From the NCBI RefSeq assembly GCF_006345805.1, contig NC_042998.1, positions 108,438,001 to 108,502,000 of the forward strand: a stretch of DNA of 64,000 nucleotides, read 5' to 3'. This document shows positions 35,158 to 48,478 of this stretch, piece after piece (positions within the stretch are counted from its first letter, which is position 1; every line of letters starts with the position of its first letter). The position numbers and the translations under genes are program-made. The notes below the pieces were generated by a model that did no database searches, was not told the origin of the DNA, and saw only the letters and a program-made list of their open reading frames with translations. Origin of the DNA: Octopus sinensis. Its lineage: Eukaryota.

Positions 35158-37820
35158 AAGTCCTTCCTTCGGAAGTACCACTCCGGAAACATACTACTGA
35201 TGGGTGATTTTAACCTCCCTCATGTGAACTGGCCCACAAATACTCCGAAGTTAGGCAAGTGCTCTACATCAGATAGGGCAGCAGCAGAACTGCTCTTTAA
35301 TCTGATGGATGAGTATTTCCTGACTCAGCTAGTGCTTGAACCAACGAGACAGAATAAAACGATCTTGGATCTGGTATTGACCAATCACTCTAGCTACGTT
35401 CACAGCATTTCAGTCGAAAAAGCTCTCCTCTCAGACCACGACATGGTACTCTGCAATCTTAATTCCCGACATATAAAAACCAAACCAGCCAATCCCACTC
35501 CATGGCACCCATTTGACAACATAAACTTCCACAAAGCGGACTGGGGAACAATCAGAAAGATCTGTCTTCCATCGACTGGTCTTTTACTCTCAATTCCCCT
35601 CATATTGAGACCGCGTGGCAGCACTTTGAAACCATTGTCACCTATACATGCTCTAAACACGCTCCCAAGAAATCTACTACACAAACGAAACCGGCTCCCT
35701 AAAAAGAAAAAAACACTCATCAGGCGCATCAAAAGACTCAACAAAAAAATCAACCAATTAAGATATTCCCACACACAACATCCACATTCAACAACAATGA
35801 AAAGACTAGAGCTGGAAAAACTTCATCTGCAGACTAACATGAAAACCTCCATTGAAAATCAAAGAGCTGTGGAGGAACAATGGGTAATCAAAAACATCAA
35901 ACAGAACCCAAAAGTGTTCTATTCTTATGCAAATAAGCATAGAACCACTGTCTCACCCATTGGGCCATTGATTGATGATAACGGCATTCCCCAACACGAT
36001 GCTAAAGAAATGGCAGAAATACTGCAGAAACAATACTGCTCTGTCTTCAGTGTTCCCACTGATATTGATGTGAGGGAAACGAACGAAGTTGACTCCCAAC
36101 ACAATTCGCAGACATAACCTTCACTGCCACCGACATCGTAGCAGCAATAAATGAGGTCAAACATTACTCTGCTGTAGGCCCTGATAGATTTCCCGCTAGT
36201 CTCCTGAAGGAATGTAGATATCAACTTGCAGTCCCTCTGACCAACCTCTGGAGAAACTCGTTAGACGCAGGTTATATACCGAAACAGTTTCTATCCCAGT
36301 CGGTCATCCCGGTTTTCAAACAGGGAAACAGATCCCTCGCAGTCAACTATCGCTCAATCTCACTCACCTCCCACATCATTAAAGTGTTTGAAAGAGTGTT
36401 AAGATCAAGGATAGCTGACTTCCTGGAGACCCACAAACTCCTAAATTCAAATCAGCATGGCTTTCGCTGTGGCAGGGACTGTCTAACACAGCTCTTACAC
36501 CACATTGAAGATGTACTAAAAGCCTTGGGAACAGGTTCGAACTCTGACGTCATATATCTTGACTTCAGTAAAGCGTTCGACAGGGTAGACCATAACATCC
36601 TACTCTCAAAATTTGCAAATGTTGGAATCCGTGGAAAAGTTCTACGCTGGATTCAGTATTTCCTGGCGAATAGAACACAACATGTTGTAGTTGATGGAGT
36701 CCACTCAAACCCAGCAAAAGTCACCAGCGGTGTTCCCCAGGGAACTGTTTTGGGTCCGCTACTCTTCATAATTTACGTAAACGACCTTTCCAGTGTCGTA
36801 CATCACTGCAAAGTGAAAATATTCGCTGATGACACTAAGCTCCAGCAAATCGTCAATGAAGAAGCAGACCGAACTCAACTCCAGTCTGATCTATATGCTG
36901 TGAGTCAATGGGCAGACAGAAACAAAATGCAACTGAATGAGGGAAAATTTGAGCTGATGCATTTTGGAAGAAATTCCTCACTAAAACAACCATACTCTCT
37001 TCCTTCAGGGAAACCGCTCACAGCCTCTATCAGAGACCTGGGTGTAATTGTTGATGACGATCTCAGTTGGAGTGCACACATCAACAAGAAGGTCGATATA
37101 GCTCGTAGGATGAGTTCCTGGACCTTAAGAACTTTCCGGTCCAGAGAACAAGGTGTCATCATACCACTTTTTTCCTCCTTTGTACGGCCACACCTTGAAT
37201 ACTGCTGCCCACTGTGGTCTCCTCACACAAGACAAAACATTTCCAGAATTGAGTCACCCCAGAGGGCTCTCACTAAACAAATTGAAGGCATGGCTGCTCT
37301 CGATTATTGGGATCGCCTTAAAGCCTTGAAACTTTACTCCCTCCAGCGTCGCCGTGAGCGGTACATCATTTGTACGATGTGGAAAATATACCGCCAACTT
37401 TGCCCAAACGACCTAAACATTAGCTTCAAGGTTCATCCAAGACTTGGACCACGGGCTATACGTCCCCTGCCAAATTCAAGATCACAACATACGCGTACAC
37501 TGCAACATAATTTCTTTTCCTCAACAGGCCCTGCCCTATTTAACATTGTCCCGAGGGAGATCAAAGAGGAAAAGGATCCCATCAACTTCAAACAGAGTCT
37601 GGATAGATTCCTTCAAAGAATACCAGATAAGCCACCCATAATTGGATACAACTCACCCAACAAGAACTCACTACTTGAACAAAACTGGATACATCTCACC
37701 CAACAAGAACTCACTACTTGACCAAAACTTAACTTAAACAGGTTTCGAATAATCCTATCAGGTGGTGCTATTAAGTTAGACATGGCCTGGACCAATCTCT
37801 GGTCGAAACATATCTAAGTT
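35158..37820 (+). mobile_element. Young CR1-clade LINE (partial AP endonuclease plus RT), 5'-truncated, about 2 frameshifts
   Basis: EN motifs LLMGDFNLPHVNW, EPTRQNKTILDLVLTN and SDHDMV. RT motifs AVGPDRFP, NYRSISLTS, QHGFR, YLDFSKAFDRVDH, SGVPQGTVLGPLLF and IFADDTK. The frame is open from about 36110 to the stop at 37721. Confidence 0.92.
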
Positions 37821-37824
37821 TTAT

Positions 37825-37910
<86 letters not shown>

Positions 37911-37990
37911 CATATATGTATATATATTATATACATATAGATATATATATATATAACATAATATATAGTATATATATTATATATATATAT

Positions 37991-38031
<41 letters not shown>

Positions 38032-38081
38032 TATTACATATACATACATATACATATATATATGTACACACACATACTATA

Positions 38082-38919
38082 CAGTGTGTTTGGGCTAAAT
38101 TTGACAACTTTTATGCCTCTTTATTTTCTGAAACGAATTACATTAGTGAATAGTCAATGATATTGGAGAGCATGACGATTTAAGTTATAGTTGAGAGAAA
38201 GTTCGCTGACATGGAGGTTTGAAAGCCAACTGAATATTGGAAAAAAATTGAGTGTACCATGATGATTCGCATCGAGTATCAAAATACTGACATTGTGAGT
38301 ACTGATCAATGTTCTGTACATACTGTAAAAGTTGTAAGACGTGACATGGACAGCTGCAACGGTAACTACGAAGCCGTGGGCAGCAGGAAGGGACACATCA
38401 AGCATTCTGACTGCGTTCACATACCGGATTCCTTCCAACGGCTGATGAACTGGGTTTAAGGTTCAGTTCAGACGGCTATGTGAAGCTGCTGGCGACTGGT
38501 CAATCCCTGACTGGAGAGGGTTGCTGCTAGAAGGTCATCTGTGTGGTAGCAAGATTCAGGTCTTGCCATATCTCCGAAAAGAGTCAGAATTTCTACGACT
38601 TCACCACTCCAATTTCTGACCTCCTAAACCTCCTGATTGTAATCCTGTAGAATACTCAGTGTAGAGTGCGGTTGGGAAAGGCACAAACCGCTCTGCCTAT
38701 GGCATCAAGGCCGAGCTGGTGGCAAAGATCTTGAAGGTATTCAAAGATCTTCCCTCGGACACATTGAAGAAGGCATGTGTTAGATTCCGGAGCCGTCTTG
38801 CAGCCTTGATGGAGACTAAGGGCGGCTACTTTGAGTAGGCTATTTTTTTATTTTTTAAAAGACTTTTATTTGTATTTTCTTTTCCTTCTATGCAAACTGT
38901 CAAATTTAACCCGAACACG

Positions 38920-38922
<3 letters not shown>
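38082..38922 (+). mobile_element. Internally deleted maT/DD37D-like Tc1-mariner element
   Basis: TIRs CAGTGTGTTTGGGCTAAATTTGACA and TGTCAAATTTAACCCGAACACGCTG, with TA at 38080-38081. C-terminal relic KAELVAKILKVFKDLPSDTLKKACVRFRSRLAALMETKGGYFE-stop. Lineage assignment is from remembered motifs. Confidence 0.78.
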
Positions 38923-38978
<56 letters not shown>

Positions 38979-39099
38979 CACACACACACACTCACACACA
39001 CACACATACACACACACACACACGATGTGTGTGCGTGTATATTTATATGCATATATACATAGCTGTTTATATGTGTGTGTATGTGTATGCGTATATCTG

Positions 39100-39180
39100 T
39101 GTATGCATTTATATACAGATACATTTTGTATGCATTTATATACAGATGCACTGTGTATGCATTTATATACAGATACCTTT
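39100..39180. repeat. 27-bp tandem repeat, 3 copies
   Basis: TGTATGCATTTATATACAGAT plus 6 variable nt at 39100, 39127 and 39154. Confidence 0.9.
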
Positions 39181-39454
39181 TGTGAGTGTGTGTATATATT
39201 CCTTTTATACATCACTTTTTCTCGGTTCTTCCTTCCTCTACTAAATATTTTACAGATATATTCTAAGTCAGATAAATTCTTAATTAGTTACAGAGCACTG
39301 GTGTTAGACGAAAGTGAAGCCTGTGAAATGTGTGGGTGTTTGTGAATGGTGTATCTGATGACACACTTGAAGTGTTGTTTTTTCCTCTAAGTACCTTTGT
39401 AATACTTCTAACTATTGAATCTAGTGAAAATAGCTTGGAATTTAATTTGTTTCC

Positions 39455-39625
39455 CTAATTTTGAAGCAAGGCCAAAGGTTTAAAGGGAAGGGGAAATTGA
39501 GTACATAAAATGCCATTTATTTTATCGACATCGAATGATGAGAGGCAAAGTCACCTTGGCGAAATTTGAACTCAGAACGTGGAGAGTCGAAAGCAATGCC
39601 GCTAAATATTTTGTCCGGATGTGTA
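39455..39625 (-). mobile_element. SINE family 1, decayed
   Basis: GAAGCAAGGCCA, GAAATTTGAACTCAGAACGT and GCCGCTAAATATTTTGTCCGG blocks. Confidence 0.7.
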
Positions 39626-39733
39626 TAAAGTTCTAAACACTGGTTATATCATTCAATCAAATTTAGATCGCACTATACAATAATGCGTATATGTACATAC
39701 ATATATACGCGTGCGAGCATGTTTGTGTTTGTG

Positions 39734-39767
<34 letters not shown>

Positions 39768-39876
39768 TGTATGTATGTATGTATGTATGTATGTACGTAT
39801 GCATGTGTGTATGTTGGCATGCATGTATGTGTATGTACGTATGTACGTATCTATCTATCTATATGTCAGTGTATAT

Positions 39877-39907
<31 letters not shown>

Positions 39908-40300
39908 GGTGTGCTTGAGTGTGTATGCATAATATATATATCAATATATACACACATATATATATCAATATATACACACATATATATATACGTACACATA
40001 TATGCACACACTTATTTACATACATACAAGACACCTCCCCATCCAAGATATATATGTAGGGAGATGGAACAGGGAGGGAGGAAGTGAGAGAAAGAAAAAA
40101 ACATGGACTATTGACCAGGCGAAAGCTTGTTGATGAATTATTGTATAATTATATAATAAATCGATAGCTGTACAGCCTCAGTATATAGTCGATTGAATCG
40201 ACCTAAGAACGATACCGGGAAGGATTTTAAAATCATTGGCGTGATGAAAGACGAACGTTAACGCAGCCGACATTACACTTAGTTAAGTCAAATGACTGCA

Positions 40301-40395
<95 letters not shown>

Positions 40396-40981
40396 GTTTC
40401 TAAAAATACGACAATTTTTTCCTTATACGCACATATGAATACACATGCATATTCACATACTCATATATATATATGTATATATATATATACGAGTGTATGC
40501 GTGCACGGGTTTGCGCACACGGCCGCACGTGCAGACATATATAAGCGTAATATTTATATTCATTTAAAAGTGGGACGTTCATTGCACAATAGGTAGAGCG
40601 CCGGAAAAATTATCTTGCGTTATTTAGTTATGGCCATTTTACCTTCTTAGTTCAAATACAGTCGACATAAATATAATAAATACCAGTCAAGAAATTGATC
40701 GATACAATCAACTACTCCATATGTAGCCTTATGCCTGTATGAACAATCAATATTGAACTAAGAGTAAACAATATACATAAATTATATATGTACATGTTTA
40801 TATGTACAACCGTTCATGGACTCTCAATTCGTAATGGAGTCATAGGGGAACCGGTGTAAAAGAGCAAATTACTTTGAAAGACAAAGGAAAGGAGAGAAGG
40901 AGGATCTATATCAGTACTGGACTAGTGTCGGAATTGGACTGTTGTTGCACGCGCGCACGCACACACACACACACACACACG

Positions 40982-41013
<32 letters not shown>

Positions 41014-41161
41014 CACACACACACACAGACACACACACACAGACACACACAGACACACACACACACAACATTGAAATTATTTCATGAAGAGTATATAAAC
41101 CATAAAAATTCAGGAAGTGTGGGAGGTGAATATACTTCTTTAACGACTTACTAGTCTTAGT

Positions 41162-41477
41162 ATTACGGTCATTTCGCAGCTTTCATCGTATAATAATAAT
41201 TTCAGTGTATAAATAGATTATTTTACGTGCCTACGCCAATATGCTTGCTACGCATTATATAATACCAACTGTACATTTACAAATCAATGTAGAGCTCATC
41301 AGATCACTAAAAGCATTGGTGTAATCATGAGATTCTGATGATCTGAGGAGCTAGACGTCTTTGATTTGTAAATGTTCAATTGTATTCTACAATGTATAGC
41401 ATACTTATTAGTGCAGACATGTGAAATAATTTATTATACTCTGAAATTATTATTACATGAAGTGATATGGTCGTAAT
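41162..41477. repeat. Imperfect palindrome of about 316 bp (foldback/MITE-like)
   Basis: Arms pair along their length, for example ACATTTACAAATCAA with TTGATTTGTAAATGT (perfect 15 bp), AGCTCATCAGATCA with TGATCTGAGGAGCT, and TAATAATAATTTCAG with CTGAAATTATTATTA. The loop is about 26 nt, centred near 41320. Confidence 0.85.
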
Positions 41478-41879
41478 CTTATGTATAACAAGTGATTAAA
41501 TAAATATATACACTTCTCATGTTTCCTGACATTTTATGGTGGTTATACATACACACACGACGCAAACATGCAAACACACACACACATACACACAAATGCC
41601 CGTCCCCGCACCCATACACACACGCACACTCATGCATGTATGTATCTATTCTTGTATGTGTGTGTGTGTATTCTAACGACAGGCTATAAGCTGTAGTCAT
41701 ACTGGGAAACTGAAGAGGTACTGCTTCACTTTTACTAAACCACCTTCTTTAGTTAGCATTTGGTGAATGAGGTACATGAAGTAGCTTTTCCCAGCTGAGT
41801 TTCTTGCTGTGAAGTAGGGTCATTTAGGTTTTTATGGACTAGAATGACCAGTTGCTTTTGAAGACATCTATATCTATAC

Positions 41880-42004
41880 CTTGCACGTTTCTTAAATCTT
41901 TCGGAAGGGTATTGAAAGGTTATGTCTATGAATTCAAATCTATTGCAGGATCTGATCCAAGATCTGGCCAATGAGGATGGAACTTCTACACTACGCAGCT
42001 TGCT
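41880..42004 (-). CDS. Candidate 125-nt exon
   Basis: Acceptor CTTTATTTCTAATACAG| and donor AAG|GTATAG. One open frame: SKLRSVEVPSSLARSWIRSCNRFEFIDITFQYPSERFKKRA. Phase-compatible with 31551-31649. No homolog recognised. Confidence 0.25.
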
Positions 42005-42106
42005 CTGTATTAGAAATAAAGTTTTAATGTAAAATTTTCTTGCATGTTCTAGGATCTTCCTGACACATATCTGTGTATATCTTCTCTATCTACAGAGTTG
42101 GAGGCC

Positions 42107-42187
<81 letters not shown>

Positions 42188-42242
42188 TATATATGTATAT
42201 ACACGTACATGCATACATACATACACACATATATACATACAT

Positions 42243-43378
42243 TAATGACACCTATAACAAAGCACGTGTCACTAAAGAATATGATAGCCAAATAAAAGAA
42301 ATTTCGACCTCAGAACTCTCGGCATTCAATAAAACAGTGGTCCACACTGTGTTTGCAGTGACAGTACTCATACCAACATTTCAGCTGCTTGATTGGACGC
42401 TTGATGAGATCAGAGGCATTGATGTGAAAACCCGAAAAATACTAACTAGCAGGCATAATTTCCATATAAACAGTGACGTAGACCGCTTCCACCTAAAACG
42501 AAAACAAAGCGACAGCAGCTGGCTTAACAACGATCCAAAAGCCTTTGAATAACTCTTCAGCAACCACCAAGTGTCGAAGTGCATTCTATGACAAAGTCTG
42601 CATACATTAGGCTGATAACACCATAAGACTTGGAAAGCAGCTCCTTGAACAACTTCGTTGTCTGATAACCTACAATACATGCCCAAAGAAGTCGCACGAC
42701 CCTACTGCAACGTATCATCAGATAAAGGGATGAGCGTATATGAGCAGGAGACTATGCATGGATATATTAATAGAAAGCTCTGATATGATGGTAACCGTAT
42801 TATCTACCGCTGAGGCATGATGTAGCTAGGACGCTCTATAATGAAATCTGTCGAAAGATCAACCTAGAGGACAAAGAAATAAGAATATGGTAGAAGCCAT
42901 AGCCACTCATATTAAAAAGGAGTACAGGTGGAATGTACTAGTGAAGACCAATATCAGTGAAGAACAACAGACCTGATATAATGATTTATTTTAGAGAAGA
43001 GAAACTGTGTACAGTTGTGGAAATTAGCTTCCAAGTAGATGTTAATATAAAGCTGAAAATCAATGAAAACTATTTAGGTTGAACTATTGAAAAATCTGCA
43101 GTTACTATATCCAGACTACAAGTTCAGGTTTATATCTGTAATTATTGGGGCCCTGCTATATGTAACACACTGCCTAAATACCAATCTTGAGAAATTAGGC
43201 TTCTCAAAACCAGAAAGAAGAAAGCTAATTCGAAGACTACAGATCCAGTTCATCACTGAAACTGTAAAAATCTGTAAAACTTTTCAGAAGTTTATCATTT
43301 AAATATATATGAGCATGTCTCGATAAACAACAATATGCATGTGAAAACATAGATGAAACAAAACATAGAAAGCTGTAC

Positions 43379-43411
<33 letters not shown>

Positions 43412-43590
43412 CATACATACATACATACATACATACATACATACATACATACATACATGCATATACATACGAATAAAAATACGCTGTTGCTGAGTTTGAA
43501 ATTCCAATGAAGGAGCCTTGGATCTTGGTTAGAAACCAGCTTTTTTTCTATTGACAAGAAATCTTGAAAAAACTGAAAAATGACATACAT
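42243..43590 (+). mobile_element. 5'-truncated delta-family R4-like LINE, copy 2, flanked by CATA-type repeats
   Basis: KEISTSELSAFNKTVVHTVFAVTVLIPTFQLLDWTLDEIRGIDVKTRKILT...NSDVDRFHLKRK and C-terminus LQLLYPDYKFRFISVIIGAL...KTFQKFII-stop (43302). Then 3' UTR, (CATA)n 43382-43470, tip 43484-43584 and (CATA)n. Confidence 0.85.
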
Positions 43591-44169
43591 GCATACATAC
43601 GTACATATATACATACCTACATATATATATAGATGTATGTATATATATATACATACATACATACATACATATATATATATGTGTATGTGTGTTTATGTGT
43701 ATGTGTGTGTTAAGCAAAATATGAGTTAGAGGTTATTCAACCATCTAAGGGATAAATGTATTCGTATATCCGTAGACTCTATTGGTGTATTACCTCACAA
43801 TGTTTAGTCCTAGCTATAAGGTATTCAATAGTTGGTAATTTAAAGGTAAAATCGTGGTTTAATATATAGGGGAAAGAAATGAAAAGAAATATATATATAT
43901 ATAGAAAGAAATAATTTGGATTTTCCTTTGGGTTAGATGCATTCTTTTGAGTGTTTCAACCTGTGTATATGTGTGTGGTCACCAACTGTGTGCATGTGTG
44001 TGTATTCGTGTGTGTGTGTAAATGTATGAGTGGGTAGACCGATAACAAATATCAACCACACTCAAAGTTACATTCCAAGTACAGAAATACCAGTACACAC
44101 GTTAGCCCCCTACACGAGAAACTAAAGGTAATAAACCTATCAAAAAATAAAAAAAAAAAAAAAAAAACA

Positions 44170-44860
44170 TTAACTAACATCCAATTAGAACTCCTAAGTA
44201 TGGGATTGAAGTTTACACCTACACCATGAAGACCAAATTTCCCCGAACTAAAAAATGGCATTGCAGAATTCTGCAACCTTCAATCCCAGGAACACCGAAA
44301 TATTTGCTCACATCCACAAAAACCTCCCAATCTTATATTCGCAGCTGAAAACACGAGAAAAATCTTAGAAAAACAACAAATTATCAAAAGCAAAAGGCAG
44401 CTCAAAACATTAAAAATCATTCCCACTAGAACAAAAATCACAAACCACCAAACCAACGGTCACAAAATGTGGGAGAACAAACTGCGGCACTTGCTGTTAC
44501 CTAATTGAGGGGTCAGGATTTAAATTCAAAGATGGCCAAACCTTCACACTTATGACCAATCTCATCTGCAACAGGGAAAACCTGATCTACGTAATCACAT
44601 GTAATGGATGCCAACATAATTATGTAGGTGAGACGGGCGGATCGTTGCACAATAGAATGACGACCCATCGCTAACAGATCCGACACAAAAGCTCAAGGAA
44701 AATTCCTTTATGTAGTCACATTGCAATCTGTGCAGGAATCATATTACCAAATTTCAAAATATTTCACCTCTACAAGTGCTCAGATTCCTTCAAACAAGAA
44801 CAAAAACTAAAAGAAGCAATTTATTAACAAGTATAAACCACAATTAAATATAGACCCAAC
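44170..44860 (+). mobile_element. Penelope-like element relic with GIY-YIG endonuclease and the RT deleted
   Basis: QLELLSMGLKFTPTP (44182), TFNPRNTEIF...IIKSKRQ, VTKCGRTNCGTCCYL and NLIYVITCNGCQHNYVGETG (44579-44638). Confidence 0.8.
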
Positions 44861-45416
44861 CACAACTAAAAAAGAACAGACACTTACAAAAGATTTTATA
44901 CATATTATTATCATTTTGAAAAATACTTCCCATCATTTCCTAAATCTTTTTCCAATATTTATGTATGCCAGCAAGCACACAAACACACGCACACAAACAT
45001 ACACACATGCACAAAAAAGAAAACATCAGAAAAGCACAAACACACAAACACACACACGCAGACATACAAAAGAGAACATCACAAACACACACACACGACT
45101 ATGCACTCACACACACACAAACACACACATACACACAAAAGAGAATCGCAAAAATACACACGCGCACACACACATGTGTGTAAGTGTAGGTCTACCCAAA
45201 CATACTCTCACACATACACACACGATTACACAAATATATACACAGCTGGTGACTACACACATACACAAGTGAAGACACTCCAAAAATACATCTAACCCAA
45301 AGGTAAATCCTAATTCTTTCTTCAACAAGACATTCATCACAACATACATACCTATCAGCTCACAGCTGGTCACTTTCCAAGCATATTTAAAGGACATTCA
45401 ACACAATACACACACA

Positions 45417-45496
<80 letters not shown>

Positions 45497-45899
45497 CTTT
45501 TACACACAGGTGGACATAAAACCCATTCAATAAATGCTTTTTAGCCAGTTCCTTGGCAGGAACACACAAAATATTTCTTTTAGACAATAGACCCCCCCCC
45601 CTTTCCGTTACTCGCTAACACATTGGACTCTATACCAAACTATATTTAAAGAAGACTTCAACGAAAAATCCCAGACATGTTCTTGACCCCCAGACAGAAG
45701 ATAAATTGTTCTTTACTTCAAAATTTTATAGCGCATCATTTAGTATATCCACGTTAAACAAGTTATACAAGTTCCTTTAAATATACACACACACATACAT
45801 ACATACATACATACATACATACATGCATACATACATACATACATACACGTACGCACGCACAACTATATATACGTATATACATATACATACATTAATATA

Positions 45900-46749
45900 T
45901 AGGGTATCCCAAAAGTCACTATACACTTTCTTTTTTCTATTTCGTTTCAGATATCATTCGGAGAGACGTGAACCCATCAGCATTTGACATCTTAGACTGC
46001 AATTTTTGTGTGTCATTCCGCTTCCTATGGCTCGCTAATTGACATTAGTCCAGCGTTGCAAAATCACCGCCTGGCAAGAGATTTTTCTGTCCCTTACTGC
46101 AGTTCATCGCAAGTTTGAGAAGGTTTATGGCTGTCACACTGCTCCAACGCCTAACACAATTTATGCTATCTCATTGCAAGTTCCTCGCAACAATATCTGT
46201 TCTTGACAAACCACACAGCTGAAGGCCTGCTACTACCATCATTGATGAAAACACCGAACTCCTGAAGCAGGTGTCCGCGAAAAGGCGGAGGAAGTTCATG
46301 TGGAGGACTGCACTGGAACATATCATCAACAAAACGTCGATTCAGCGGATGCTTCGGAGAGTGATAAAGCTCTTTCCGTAAGGACTTCAGGTTGTTCAAA
46401 GGCTTCAAGCGGAAGATTATGATGCTCGTGTGGAAATGTGCGAACCACTCTTACGCCATTACCAAAACGACTCTCAGTTCCTGGAAAATTTATGATTCAA
46501 CGACGAGTCTATCTTTTATCTCTCTGATCAGGTAAACCGACGCTATTATCGAATTTAAAGAAGATCAAAACCAGCTGAAATTCTCGAACATGAACGAGAC
46601 TCTTCGAACCTGGTGGTAAGGTGTGCCATGGGCAAGGGAATGATACACTTACATAAACTAAGGTGTCAATGCTGATGACCTCACATCTCTCCGAATGATA
46701 TCTGAAATGAAATAGAAAAAAGAAAGTGTATAGTGACTTTTGGGACAAC

Positions 46750-46752
<3 letters not shown>
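45900..46752 (+). mobile_element. Internally deleted Tc1/mariner element, rosa/DD41D-like, with TIRs of about 100 bp
   Basis: TIRs AGGGTATCCCAAAAGTCACTATACACTTTC... and ...GAAAGTGTATAGTGACTTTTTGGGACAACCTG|TA. Relic LQVVQRLQAEDYDARVEMC...FLENL*FNDESIFYLSDQVNR. Lineage is inferred from motif memory. Confidence 0.75.
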
Positions 46753-46827
<75 letters not shown>

Positions 46828-46893
46828 TTTATATACATACATGTGTATGTGCTTGTGTGGGCGTGCGCGCGCGTGTGTCTTCATGTGTATCTA

Positions 46894-48092
46894 TTAGGTC
46901 GTCAAGTATGAAATTTGTAGTAAGGTATATGGTAAACTTTGACAGCTGCTCATTTTGCACCATTATTATATTTTGACAACCTTCATTTTTTGTTAGAAAG
47001 CTGACATATCTATTTCTTTATTCTAACTCATTTTGCGCTTTATAAAGTATTTATAAATCGTTTTCTACTATTGTTGTTTAGAGATGGATAAGTCGGAAAT
47101 TCGTACAGCTTTGGAATATTAGTTCTTTCTTGGAAATATAGCATCACAGACAGCTCGGAATATTAATGGAGTATTTCATTCTAATGTTATCACACAGCAG
47201 ACATTATCAAATTGGTTTCCAAAATTCCGTTCTGGTAACTTTGACCTCACAAATGGGCAACGCGGTCGACTGGATAATGACGAACTGAAAGCCAGCGTCG
47301 AGTCATATCCATCTCAAAGAGCCTGTGAATTATCGTTGTTGTTTGGTGTTAGCAAGCAAACAATATTGGCTCACCTAGTTCAAATCGGTAAAGTGAAAAA
47401 GTGGGTTCCACATGAAGTCTATGAAAATCAGAAACAGCAACGTTTGGAAGCCTGCATTATGCCATTTTCTCATCACAAAAATTAATCATTTTTGAATCGA
47501 ATTGCGACATGTGAGTGATGTGAAATGTATCCAATACAACAACCGTAAACATTTAGCACAATGGTTGGAAAAAAGACGAGCCACCAAAACAGTCCAAAAA
47601 GCAAAATTCATCAAGCTGATGGTGTGAGTTTGGTGGTCTGGTGCAGGTGTGATTCATTATGATTTAATTAAACACGGCCGAAGTATACTGCAGCCAAGTG
47701 GACCAAATGATGCAGAAACTTAGAAAAAAAAACCGGCTGAGATTAGTCAACAGATCCACTCCTATTTTATTGCAAGACAACGCCAGACCACACATTGCAA
47801 AAATGACATTGGCGAAACTACAGAAGTTGGAGTTACTTCTTCCAGAATTTGGATAACTTTTTGATAAGAAAAAAAAAAAATTCCGACGATGCTGTAAAAC
47901 AGGCCTTCCAAGATTTTATTGACTCTAGATTGCCAGGCTTTTACAGTTCCGGGCTGGACAAGCTGCCGCTGAAATGGCAAAAGAGTATTGACAATAGAGG
48001 TGCATACTTTGTGGAATAAAATTATTCCTTGTATTTATAAAACATTAGCAAACTTTTTTTCTTTTCTACAAATTTCGTACTTAAGGACCTAA
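46894..48092 (+). mobile_element. Complete decayed mariner element (1199 bp) with TA target duplication
   Basis: TA|TTAGGTCGTCAAGTATGAAATTT ... AAATTTCGTACTTAAGGACCTAA|TA. Transposase from ATG 47084 (MDKSEIR...WFPKFRSGNFDL...KWVPHE...LLQDNARPH...DNRGAYFVE-stop 48019) with stops and frameshifts. Confidence 0.92.
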
Positions 48093-48101
48093 TATATTGA
48101 G

Positions 48102-48478
48102 ACGTGGATATGTGGTAAGCAGTTCCATGCTGGATCATTGTTCCAACTTCCGTCCCACTGCGAGGAACACTATAAAAGCTGGCCGACCAAAATCCTGTGA
48201 GGGCGGAAGCTGGAAGAAGCCCGTTGTACACACACAGACACATATATATAAGTGTGTGTGTGTATTTATGTATATAAGTATGTATATGTATGTATCTGTG
48301 TCTCTGAGTGTGTCTGTGTTGGTGTTTGTCTCCTACCATCCCTTGACTAGGTGTTCACTTATTTACATCCTCATATTCTTGCTGTTAGGCATTAGAGATC
48401 GATAGAGTTAGTATCAGGCTTCAAAATATAAGTACTGAAGTTGGTGCGTTCGATACAACCTATCAAGGCGGTGATCTA
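48102..48478 (+). mobile_element. tRNA-derived SINE family 3 with internal (TG)n tract, decayed
   Basis: Head GACGTGGATATGTGGTAAG...GTCCCACTGCG...GGCCGACCAAAATCCTGTGAG...GAAGAAGCCCGT, a TG-rich middle, and a tail homologous to the reverse complement of 53118-53300. Confidence 0.65.
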
